This document shows, in pieces, positions 52,554-61,965 of a DNA stretch of 64,000 bases; position 1 is the first letter of the stretch; the number at the start of each line of letters is the position of its first letter. This DNA is from Minisyncoccota bacterium (GTDB lineage Bacteria; Patescibacteriota; Minisyncoccia; Phycocordibacterales; JAQTLZ01): the NCBI GenBank assembly GCA_028711065.1, contig JAQTSY010000006.1, forward strand, positions 213-64,212, written 5' to 3'. A program made the translations under genes and the position numbers. The notes under the pieces are model-generated. The model was not told where the DNA came from, ran no database searches, and saw only the letters and a program-made list of their open reading frames with translations.

Positions 52554-53180
52554 ATGAGAAAAATCATCACAACAACTTTCGTAACATTAGACGGTGTCAT
52601 GCAGGCTCCGGGAGGACCGGAGGAGGATACGACAGGAGGCTTCAAATATGGCGGCTGGCAACTTTCTTTCCCTCACGACGAGAAGTTGGGCTCCATTCTC
52701 TACGGATTTTTCACTATTCCATTCGAACTCCTGCTTGGCAAAATCACTTATGATATTTTTGCCTCATTTTGGCCTACCGCTAAAACGGACCTCGAGGTGG
52801 CGGTTCCATTTAATAAAACAAAGAAATATGTAGTGTCGCATACGTCTTTCGAACCTTCTTGGCAGAACTCTTCGGTCATTACCGGTGATGTTGTAGCACA
52901 GATCAGGAAACTCAAAGAAGAAGACGGCCCAGATCTCTGGGTGTGGGGCAGTGGGAATCTCGTTCAGACTTTGCTCAAATATAATTTGATTGACCGGATG
53001 CATTTGTGGATACATCCAATCACGCTCGGTACGGGTAAAAAACTTTTTGCAGAGGGGACCCAAGCGCAAAATTTTAAGCTTGTTGATTCCCAAACTGGAG
53101 CGACCGGTCTCATTTTCGCCACCTACGAGCCTGCCGGAGAGCTTAGAGTCCACGCTCGATCTGCCTCTATCCCCACCTAA
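52554..53180 (+). CDS. Dihydrofolate reductase-family protein (RibD C-terminal-like domain)
   Basis: TTTFVTLDGVMQAPGGPEEDTTGGF...ITYDIFASFW...LWVWGSGNLVQTLLKYNLIDRMHLWIHPITLGTGKKLF is the typical RibD_C / DHFR-like family pattern. Confidence 0.75.
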   Translation: MRKIITTTFVTLDGVMQAPGGPEEDTTGGFKYGGWQLSFPHDEKLGSILYGFFTIPFELLLGKITYDIFASFWPTAKTDLEVAVPFNKTKKYVVSHTSFEPSWQNSSVITGDVVAQIRKLKEEDGPDLWVWGSGNLVQTLLKYNLIDRMHLWIHPITLGTGKKLFAEGTQAQNFKLVDSQTGATGLIFATYEPAGELRVHARSASIPT

Positions 53181-53293
53181 ACTTTCTTTTGAGCACCGGT
53201 AAGATATACTTAGTGGGTAAGAAATTTCGAAATGAATACATCGGAATTATTTTTTTGCCGAGGTGCCAAATGGTTTTTGGCCTTTTTTAATTT

Positions 53294-56200
53294 ATGAAAC
53301 TTGCAACACAGAGCGGTCGTCATTCCTTTGTTTGCAAAGTGGTTTTTTGTGTTGCCTCAGTTTTTTTTGTAGCTGCGCTTATTAAGCCCACTACAACTTT
53401 TGCAGCTGCGAGAACTGCCTCGGTTACTGGTAACTGGAGTAATACTGCCACGTGGGGAGGCAGCTCTGTTCCTGGAGCTAGCGATACAGTTACTATCAAT
53501 TCAGGTGTCATCGTCACAGTAGACGTAACCTCCTCTGCAACTTCTATTACATTTCCAACAGCATCTGCTGCTACAAAATTAGTCATCAATTCTGGAGTGA
53601 CACTTACTGTCTCCGGCGCGGTAACTATCCCTGAAGGGTCGGGTGCGGGTAACAATACCCTCGCTGTAGGTTCCGGAACCTTGGTTGCCGGAAGTGTCGC
53701 CTTTACCAATGCGGCAAATGCCAAAAAACATTCGATGTCGATATCCACAGGCACGGTAACTGTCTCGGGTGCAATTTCTATTGACGGCTCAAATAAAAAA
53801 AGCCCCAATGTATCAATCACTGGTGCAGGAACCCTAAACGTGGGCGGGGCATTTTTTACTGGCTCTAACAACACAGGGCTTATTACTACTTCTTCAGGAA
53901 GCACGATAAATTACAACGGTTCGGGAGCTCAAACGGTGAAAGCCGCTACGTATACCGGAAATCTAGTTCTTTCCGGAAGCGGAGCAAAATCTATCAGTGC
54001 GTCTAATGTTACCGCTACGACTGCTAATTTGAGTATTGCTCCCGATTCGGGCGGAGCCACTGCCAGTATGACTGGATCACTTACCGTGGGGACCCTCAAA
54101 CTTGCTGGGGTGGGAAAGGCGAGTGGTACTTACGGTAGTACTTCATCTTCAGCAACTACCAAAACCAATACCTATTTTGCTGGAAGCGGACTGGTAAGTG
54201 TCACCACTAGTACTGTGGACACGACCGCACCAACTATTTCCAATGTTACGTCAGCACTCGCCAATGGAACGTACAAAGCGGGACAAGTTATTGATATTGA
54301 TGTTACATTTTCAGAACAAGTCACTTCTACGGGAAATGTGACGGTAAATCTTGATACCGGCAGGAGTTGCACGTTTACTGTGAGTGCTGCGACGACAGGA
54401 ACCTGCAATTACACCGTACAGGCCGGTGACACCTCAAGCGATCTTACTGCTTCATCCATTAGCGGAACCATTGCGGACACGACTGGGAATGCCATGACCA
54501 ACTTTACTCCTGCTACGAATCTCGCTGCCAACAAAGCAATCGTTATTGATACTACCGCACCGACGGTTTCTTCCGTGACGTCTTCCACATCAAATGGCAG
54601 CTACACCACTGGCGCGACCGTTTCCATCCAAGTAAATTTTTCTGAAGCGGTGAATGTTACCGGCACGCCGCAACTTACCCTACAAACCACTTCCACTACT
54701 ACTCGAGCTTTAAACTATGTGTCAGGAACTGGCGGGACAGCACTTACTTTCACCTATTTAGTCCAGGCGGGCGATAACTCCAGCGATCTTGACTATAGTG
54801 CGACGAGCGCACTTGCTCTCAATAGCGGTACCATAAGCGATACGGCCACGAATGCCGCCACGCTTACACTTCCAACCCCGGGATCGAGTCACACTGGTTC
54901 ATTGAGCAACACCTCTGCGATTGTTATTGATACGACCGCGCCGACAGTTGTGAATGTCACCTCATCAAATGCCAACGGTAATTATAAAGCAGGGGAAGTG
55001 ATAGCGGTGCAAGTTGTTTTTTCAGAGCCTGTGACAGTGAGCAACACTCCGCACCTCGTGCTCCTTACCGGGTCTCCGGCAACCAAAAATGTCGGCTATT
55101 CCTCCGGTTCAGGTTCTACCACTCTTGAATTCGACTATACGGTCGGAGCAAACAACTTCACTTCTGATCTCGAATACGCCTCGGCCGGAGCGCTCTCCAC
55201 CAGTAATTCGGGTTCGGCTTCTACAATTCAGGACGCTGCTGGCAATGCCGCGACGATCACCCTTCCGACTCCAGGCACAACAGGCTCTTTAGGCTATAAC
55301 AAAAACATCATCATTGATTCCACCGCTCCGACGGTCACCCTTACCTCCACCTCAACTTCTCTTACAAATGTTCCCATTCCTGTCACCGCTCGATTTTCTG
55401 AAGCAGTCACTGGGTTTACATCGGGAGATGTTTCTGTGATTACGAGTAATGCCACGGTTGGGAGTTTTGTGACCGTCTCTAGTTCGACATATACATTTGT
55501 AGTTACGCCAACCGGACAGGGTCTAGTGAGCATTTCTATTCCAGGTAGCGCTGCGACTGATATTGCGGGAAACGCAAACACCGTTTCAAACACACTTTCT
55601 CGCACCTATGACAGCGTCGCTCCGACAGTTGCGCTCACCACTTCAACCGTTTCCCCGACACTAACAACGCCAATAAGTTACACCGCGACTTTTTCTGAAG
55701 CAATGACCGGATTTACCGTCTCGGATATTACTGCAACCAATGCGACCGTCGGTAATTTTCATACAGTGTCGAGCCAAGTGTACACGTTTGATGTCTCTCC
55801 TATTAGTAATCCTATAGACAACGTGGATGTCTACACGTCCGTGGACGCCGGGAAAGCCACGGATGCGGCAGGAAATGCTAATACCGCATCAGACAGCGGA
55901 GTTCCCTCCTATATAAGATTTGATAACCACAGCCCCACTGTCGCACTCACATCGTCGGCCGGAGATTTTGTCAATGCGCCTTTTTCTGTTACCGCGACAT
56001 TTGCTGAATCAGTTACGGGTTTTGTTCTCGGTGATATTTCTGTTACGCATGGCACGGCAGGAAGTTTTACTCCTGTTTCCGGTTCTGTTTATACGTTCAC
56101 GGTGACACCGACGAGCCAGGCCCTTGTTTCAGTCTCTGTTGCGGCTGGAGTTGCGCAAGATAATGCACTGAACGCAAATCTTGCCTCGAACGTATTGCAA

Positions 56201-59200
56201 ACGACATACGACACTGGCGCCCCTACGGTGGTTCTTAGTACGGCTCAATCGAGTCCTACCAATGTCTCACCAGTTTCTGTGACGGCGACTTTTTCTGAAA
56301 CTGTCACAGGATTTACGGTAGATGATATTTCTCTCACAAATGCTACGGCAGATAATTTTCTTGGATCCGGTACAACGTATACATTTGATGTTACTCCTTC
56401 GGGTCAAGGTGCCGTGACAGTGAGTCTTCCCGACGGAAGCGCAATTGACGTTGCAAATAATAACAGCACTGTATCGAACACGCTGTCGTTTACTTACGAT
56501 ACCGTTGCTCCGACGCTCACTGAGGACACGCCAGTTCCAGCGCTGACGACGGACACCACGCCGAATTATTCATTCAGGACTAATGAAAACGGAACAATAA
56601 CCTACGGCGGGAGCTGTAGTTCTGGAACTTCTTCTGCGCTTGCTTCTGCCACCACAACTGTCACTTTTAATACTTTGGCGAATGGCAGTTATAACGACTG
56701 CTCTATTACTGTTACAGACGCTGCAGGAAATGCGAGCTCGCCTCTTATAGTTCCTGCTTTTACGATCAACAATAGCGATCCAGTTGTCATCTCATATTCA
56801 CCAGCGAACAACGCGACCGGTGTTTTGGCTAATGCCAATCTCATTTTGACCTTCGATAAGGTTGTTACTGCGGGAACGGGAAATATTTATTTGAAGCAAG
56901 GAGGAACTACGATCGAGACTATTGATGTAACGAGCGGGCAGGTGACAGGTTCTGGTACAAATATTATTACGATTAATCCAACCACGACGTTAAGCAGTCA
57001 GACCACCTACACTATTCAAATAGATATCAATGCATTTCATGACTCATTCGGGAATGGCTATCCAGGAATCTCTGATAATACGACATGGAGCTTTACCAGT
57101 GCCGATACGGTCGCACCTACAGTAAGCTCTCTTTCACCGGCAACTCTTGCTACAGGAGCACCCGTGCATTCCTCGCTTGCAATTACTTTTAGTGAAAATG
57201 TTATTGTCCAAAGCGGGGGATTCGTGACGATCCGCAAAGCCGATAATTCTGTAGTAGAAGATATTTCTGTGACAAGCGGCGAAGTGACTGGATCGGGCAC
57301 GAGTGTGATACTCATAACTCCGAGCGTTACTTTGGATGGCTTGACGAACTATCACGTTACCGTAACCGCGACCGCGTTTGCAGATAGCGCCGGAAATTAT
57401 TACGCCGGAATATCTGATGCCACCACCTGGACATTTCAGACACTCGATACCTCGAATCCTTTCGTCACAGCATTTTCACCTGCCAATTTTGCAACGGGAG
57501 TTTCGGCGACCGCGAACTTGGTTATGACGTTTGATAGAGCGGTCTATGTGGAAACGGGGACTACTACCATTAAGACCGGGGGTTCTACTGTTGAATCAAT
57601 TGCTTTGACTGATGGTACTAAAGTGACGGGCTCGGGCACAAATACTATCACCATTAATCCCGCCACGACCTTGAGCAGCCAAACGACCTATTACATTCAA
57701 ATTGATGCTGGCGCGCTGAATGACTCATCGGATGGCTTAGGTAATCCATTTGATGGAATTTCTGATACTACCACCTGGACTTTTACCACACTTGATACCA
57801 CCAATCCAACGCTTTCTTCTATTGCTCTTTCTTCGAACAATACACTTTCTTCGTCATTAGCGAAGGCGGGAGACACGATGACACTTTCATTTGTTGCAAG
57901 TGAAAGCATTTCTACACCAACGGTGAGCTTTACTTCTGGGGGTGTGTCGGTTGCCAATGCTGTGTCAGTTACAAATACCACCGGTAACAATTGGATCGCT
58001 TCATATACAGCTAGTTCTTCTGACACAAATGGAGCAGTAGCTTACAGCATCAATACCTATCACGATACAACTGGAAATAATGGTTCAGCATACACAAGCG
58101 GAACAGGTTCTGTGACATTTGATAAGACTGTGCCAACACTCTCATCTGTAAACCTGGTTTCCAATAATTCCACCAACACGAGAGCGAAAGTGGGGAACCT
58201 CATCACTCTTTCATTCACTTCGAGCGAAACAATTTCTACTCCAGCAGTAAGCTTTACTTCAGGTGGGGCACCGGTGACAGGCACTGTAACAGTCGCTTCT
58301 TCAACGAATAGTTGGACAGCTACGTACACCATGAGTTCTTCTGACACGGCGGGCAGTATTGGTTACAGTATAAATACTTTTCACGACAATGCAGGGAATA
58401 ACGGTGATGCAGTTACAAGTGGAACAGGGAGCGTGACCTTCGACAAAACCGTTCCGACTCTGTCTTCTGTCACCCCTGCTTCTTCTGCTACGATTAGTAA
58501 TGTAACCTCGTCTTCCGCTATCGCTTTCACTTCGAGTGAGGCCTTGGGGAGCGGTTCGGTTACCATTACCAGAAGCTCCGGAGCAGCCGATGGCACAGTG
58601 CATACTTGTACGCTGAAAGGCACAGCACTCGATGCGGGCGCTCACATCATTGATCTTTCTGATACAACCAATAGCTGTACCTTGGATGTTTCTTCTCTCG
58701 TTTCTGGCACTGTTTACACATTTGTGTTTGCCGGAAGCGATCTTTCGGGAAATGCAGCAACGTCTGTGACGAGAACGGGTATCATTTTTGACACCACTGC
58801 GCCTACGCTTTCATCCGTCACTCTCGTGTCCAGCAATTCCACAAACACGCAAGCAAAAGTAGGCGATGTTATAACACTTTCGTTTACGGCAAGCGAGACT
58901 ATCTCTCTGCCGACGGTAACTTTTTCTTCCGGCGGTGATCCTGTGAACGGCTCTATTGTTGTGAGAAATCCATCTGGTAATAATTGGACAGCCACCTATA
59001 CAGCGGGTTCTTCTGATACAGAAGGAAGTGTGACTTACCGTATCAGTGATTTTTCAGATAGTGTCAGCAATGCCGGCTTGGCGGTAACAACTGGAAGCGG
59101 CGGCGTTACCTTTGATAAGACAGTACCCACCATCACCAATGTCACCTCGTCAAAAGCCAACGGTACCTATTCTGTCGGTGAGTCGATTCCTATAAACCTT

Positions 59201-61507
59201 ACTTTTTCCGAAGCCGTCACTTCCGACGGAGAGGTGACCGTAACACTTGATACGGGAAGGACCTGCGTCTTTTCTCTCACCTCTGACACATCAGGAAGCT
59301 GCAATTATATAGTTCAAGACGGAGATTCGTCGAGTGACCTCAACGTCACTTCTATTCTAGGAACCATTTCGGATGTTGCGGGCAATGCACTGACTAATTT
59401 CACTCCGGCAACAAACCTCGCGGCCAATAAAGCCATTGTCATCGACTCAACAGCACCCGACACAAGTATTCCTACTATTACAGATGTCACTTCAACAAAA
59501 GGGAACGGCTCGTATACTACTGGAGTATCGATTGATATTCGCGTGACATTTTCTGAATCTGTGAGCTCTACGGGCAATGTGACGGTCACTCTTGATACTG
59601 GCGGAACCTGCTCATTCAGCGTGGCAACGAGCTCTTCCGGCAGTTGTAATTATGTCGTGGGTGGAGGTGAGACTTCTTCCGATCTTACCGTTACATCAAT
59701 TTCCGGGACCATAAAAGATGCTGCAAACAATACTTTGGTGGATTTCAATCCTGCAACAAATTTAGCAGATAATAAGGCGATTGTTATTGATACGACGATA
59801 CCAATCCTCTCTTCCGTTACCCCAGCGTCTTCCGTCACTATAGATAACGTCACATCATCTTCTTCGATCGCATTTACTGCAAGTGAGAGCTTAGGAAGCG
59901 GTTCTATCACCATCTCTCGATCTTCTGGAGAAACCGATGACACGATCCATACCTGTACGCTCAAAGGTACAGCACTCAATGCCGGCGCACACACCATTAA
60001 TCTTTCTGATACCACTAACAGCTGTACTTCAAATGTTTCAGACCTAGTTTCAGGTGCAGTTTATAGTTTTGTGTTTGCTGGAAGCGATTTGGCTGGGAAT
60101 CCTGCAGACCCTGTTACGGGCGACGAAGTTACCTATTTTATTACTGTGCCTGTTGTAGATGTAGCGGGTATCACTGTCACAGGTACTGGAGATGCAACCA
60201 CTATTAGTGCCGATGGAGGGACTCTCCAAATGCTTGCGAGTGTTCTTCCTGGAGACGCCACAAATTCTTCCGTGACATGGAGTATTGTTTCGGGAGGCGA
60301 CTTCGCTTCAATTGATGGAGATGGTCTTCTTACTGCCACAGGAAACGGGGAAGTTACTGTTCGAGCGACAGCAAACGATGGGTCAGAAGTATACGGTGAA
60401 CTTATTATTACCATAAGCGGGCAGACAATCCCTACCACTCCTGTTTCTGGCATTACAGTCACTGGTACTGGAGATGCAACAACGATTACTGATGCTGGCG
60501 GTACTCTTCAAATGTTAGCGGATGTACTGCCGGTTGATGCCACTGATTCATCAGTCACATGGAGTATAACTACCGGCGGAGACAACGCTTCTATTGATGC
60601 GGACGGCCTTTTGACTGCGATTGCAGACGGGGAAGTTACTGTTCGAGCGACAGCAGATGACGGATCGGAGGTTTACGGAGAACTTGTTATCACAATTACA
60701 GGACAGACAGTTTCTACACCGACACCGACCCCAGAACCGACAGCCACTCCTACCCCTGATCCAACCCCAACCCCTACTCCTGATACAACTCCAACACCTG
60801 ATCCAACTCCGACGCCAACACCGACTGCAACCCCAACCCCAACACCAACGAGGACGCACGCAAGAGCTTCTTCGGGCGGTTCTTCAGGTGGTGGCGGAGG
60901 AGGAAAAGCCCATGCCTTGAGCAATCCCGTATTTTGTACCTCAAATATCTATCCAACCAAGCTAATAAAATTCGGTGTGAAAAATGATCCCGAACAAGTA
61001 AAACTGCTCGAACGTTATTTGAATGCCTTTGAAAACGCGAAATTACCAGTTAATGGTGTGTATTCAAAAGATGATATGTCCGCCTTTATTCTCTGGCAGA
61101 AAAAATATGTACCCGAAGTATTAAGGCCATCAGTGAAAATCAATGAGGAGGGCTATGTAGCCACTGCCAGTCTTACCAAATTGAAAACTCTCTTTCTGGC
61201 GAAATGTAAACCTTTTCCGGTCATTGCTCCTCCTGTGTCCAATGCTTTTCCGTCAAAGAAAGCTATACCTTTCGTGTGGAGTCGAGATCTAGAATTTGGA
61301 ACAACCGGCAATGATGTGTTTGCCCTTCAGCAGAGTCTCATTTCCTTGAAGGTGGGCCCGGCGGGCGAAGCTCTGGCAAAGAATGGGCCAACTCATTATT
61401 TTGGGATATTTACACAGCGAGCGCTTATTGAATTCCAGAAAGCAAAAGGAATTACACCGGCAATTGGATATTTCGGCCGCAAAACAAAAATGTTTATTTC
61501 CCTCTAG
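53294..61507 (+). CDS. Giant secreted surface/adhesin-like protein (2737 aa). It has a signal peptide and about 20 tandem Ig-like repeat modules separated by ...DTTAPT... linkers. It also has two Big_2 domains, a Pro/Thr linker, a Gly/Ser tract and two C-terminal peptidoglycan-binding-like domains.
   Basis: MKLATQSGRHSFVCKVVFCVASVFFVAALI...AAA is the signal peptide. The repeated modules of about 95-100 aa start (I/V)DTTAPTV..VTSS.ANGSYK.G..I.I.V.FSE.VTV. Two Big_2-like units are present (VTGTGDATTI.ADGGTLQMLA.VLP.DAT.SSVTWSI). [20 protein letters not shown] linker follows. The C-terminus carries the PG_binding_1-like pattern (TTGNDVFALQQSLISLKVGP...GIFTQRALIEFQKAKGITPAIGYFG). Confidence 0.85.
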   Translation: MKLATQSGRHSFVCKVVFCVASVFFVAALIKPTTTFAAARTASVTGNWSNTATWGGSSVPGASDTVTINSGVIVTVDVTSSATSITFPTASAATKLVINSGVTLTVSGAVTIPEGSGAGNNTLAVGSGTLVAGSVAFTNAANAKKHSMSISTGTVTVSGAISIDGSNKKSPNVSITGAGTLNVGGAFFTGSNNTGLITTSSGSTINYNGSGAQTVKAATYTGNLVLSGSGAKSISASNVTATTANLSIAPDSGGATASMTGSLTVGTLKLAGVGKASGTYGSTSSSATTKTNTYFAGSGLVSVTTSTVDTTAPTISNVTSALANGTYKAGQVIDIDVTFSEQVTSTGNVTVNLDTGRSCTFTVSAATTGTCNYTVQAGDTSSDLTASSISGTIADTTGNAMTNFTPATNLAANKAIVIDTTAPTVSSVTSSTSNGSYTTGATVSIQVNFSEAVNVTGTPQLTLQTTSTTTRALNYVSGTGGTALTFTYLVQAGDNSSDLDYSATSALALNSGTISDTATNAATLTLPTPGSSHTGSLSNTSAIVIDTTAPTVVNVTSSNANGNYKAGEVIAVQVVFSEPVTVSNTPHLVLLTGSPATKNVGYSSGSGSTTLEFDYTVGANNFTSDLEYASAGALSTSNSGSASTIQDAAGNAATITLPTPGTTGSLGYNKNIIIDSTAPTVTLTSTSTSLTNVPIPVTARFSEAVTGFTSGDVSVITSNATVGSFVTVSSSTYTFVVTPTGQGLVSISIPGSAATDIAGNANTVSNTLSRTYDSVAPTVALTTSTVSPTLTTPISYTATFSEAMTGFTVSDITATNATVGNFHTVSSQVYTFDVSPISNPIDNVDVYTSVDAGKATDAAGNANTASDSGVPSYIRFDNHSPTVALTSSAGDFVNAPFSVTATFAESVTGFVLGDISVTHGTAGSFTPVSGSVYTFTVTPTSQALVSVSVAAGVAQDNALNANLASNVLQTTYDTGAPTVVLSTAQSSPTNVSPVSVTATFSETVTGFTVDDISLTNATADNFLGSGTTYTFDVTPSGQGAVTVSLPDGSAIDVANNNSTVSNTLSFTYDTVAPTLTEDTPVPALTTDTTPNYSFRTNENGTITYGGSCSSGTSSALASATTTVTFNTLANGSYNDCSITVTDAAGNASSPLIVPAFTINNSDPVVISYSPANNATGVLANANLILTFDKVVTAGTGNIYLKQGGTTIETIDVTSGQVTGSGTNIITINPTTTLSSQTTYTIQIDINAFHDSFGNGYPGISDNTTWSFTSADTVAPTVSSLSPATLATGAPVHSSLAITFSENVIVQSGGFVTIRKADNSVVEDISVTSGEVTGSGTSVILITPSVTLDGLTNYHVTVTATAFADSAGNYYAGISDATTWTFQTLDTSNPFVTAFSPANFATGVSATANLVMTFDRAVYVETGTTTIKTGGSTVESIALTDGTKVTGSGTNTITINPATTLSSQTTYYIQIDAGALNDSSDGLGNPFDGISDTTTWTFTTLDTTNPTLSSIALSSNNTLSSSLAKAGDTMTLSFVASESISTPTVSFTSGGVSVANAVSVTNTTGNNWIASYTASSSDTNGAVAYSINTYHDTTGNNGSAYTSGTGSVTFDKTVPTLSSVNLVSNNSTNTRAKVGNLITLSFTSSETISTPAVSFTSGGAPVTGTVTVASSTNSWTATYTMSSSDTAGSIGYSINTFHDNAGNNGDAVTSGTGSVTFDKTVPTLSSVTPASSATISNVTSSSAIAFTSSEALGSGSVTITRSSGAADGTVHTCTLKGTALDAGAHIIDLSDTTNSCTLDVSSLVSGTVYTFVFAGSDLSGNAATSVTRTGIIFDTTAPTLSSVTLVSSNSTNTQAKVGDVITLSFTASETISLPTVTFSSGGDPVNGSIVVRNPSGNNWTATYTAGSSDTEGSVTYRISDFSDSVSNAGLAVTTGSGGVTFDKTVPTITNVTSSKANGTYSVGESIPINLTFSEAVTSDGEVTVTLDTGRTCVFSLTSDTSGSCNYIVQDGDSSSDLNVTSILGTISDVAGNALTNFTPATNLAANKAIVIDSTAPDTSIPTITDVTSTKGNGSYTTGVSIDIRVTFSESVSSTGNVTVTLDTGGTCSFSVATSSSGSCNYVVGGGETSSDLTVTSISGTIKDAANNTLVDFNPATNLADNKAIVIDTTIPILSSVTPASSVTIDNVTSSSSIAFTASESLGSGSITISRSSGETDDTIHTCTLKGTALNAGAHTINLSDTTNSCTSNVSDLVSGAVYSFVFAGSDLAGNPADPVTGDEVTYFITVPVVDVAGITVTGTGDATTISADGGTLQMLASVLPGDATNSSVTWSIVSGGDFASIDGDGLLTATGNGEVTVRATANDGSEVYGELIITISGQTIPTTPVSGITVTGTGDATTITDAGGTLQMLADVLPVDATDSSVTWSITTGGDNASIDADGLLTAIADGEVTVRATADDGSEVYGELVITITGQTVSTPTPTPEPTATPTPDPTPTPTPDTTPTPDPTPTPTPTATPTPTPTRTHARASSGGSSGGGGGGKAHALSNPVFCTSNIYPTKLIKFGVKNDPEQVKLLERYLNAFENAKLPVNGVYSKDDMSAFILWQKKYVPEVLRPSVKINEEGYVATASLTKLKTLFLAKCKPFPVIAPPVSNAFPSKKAIPFVWSRDLEFGTTGNDVFALQQSLISLKVGPAGEALAKNGPTHYFGIFTQRALIEFQKAKGITPAIGYFGRKTKMFISL

Positions 61508-61580
61508 CGAAGCCAGAGGAGCGATTGTCTTCCCCTATAGGGGTGCTATAATAAATGCCGTTACTAATTAACTAAAACAT

Positions 61581-61835
61581 ATGGAGAAAAAAGTTTCTGC
61601 GTTTATGAAGCCGATGACTGTGAGTAGCGATCTAGCAGCTGTAGTAGGAAAGGGCCCGATGCCTCGAAGCGAGGTGGTAAAAGGACTCTGGGTATACATC
61701 AAGAAGAATAATCTTCAAGATCCAAAGAACAAGCGAAACATTATGGCTGACGAAGCGCTTAAGAAAGTATTCGGCGGAAAGGCGGTGGTCAATATGTTTG
61801 AGATGACGAAGTTGGTTTCAAAACACCTCTCATAA
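61581..61835 (+). CDS. SWIB/MDM2 domain protein (bacterial chromatin-remodelling-like domain)
   Basis: The 84-aa protein shows P.SSDLAAVVGKGPMPRSEVVKGLWVYIKKNNLQDPKNKRNIMADEALKKVFGG.AV.MFEMTKLVSKHL, the SWIB consensus. Confidence 0.75.
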   Translation: MEKKVSAFMKPMTVSSDLAAVVGKGPMPRSEVVKGLWVYIKKNNLQDPKNKRNIMADEALKKVFGGKAVVNMFEMTKLVSKHLS

Positions 61836-61858
61836 TTTCGAGAATGCTCGAAGCAAAA

Positions 61859-61885
61859 AAGCGCCCCTGGGCGCTTTTTTGCTTC
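61859..61885 (+). terminator. Rho-independent terminator
   Basis: aagcgcc-cctg-ggcgctt followed by TTTTGCTTC. Confidence 0.6.
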
Positions 61886-61965
61886 TTATCCCCAAACTTC
61901 CTTCCTTTCGCAAATCTTTTTCTGTAGAATAAAGGGACTAGCTAATTAGTTTATCTTTTACAATA

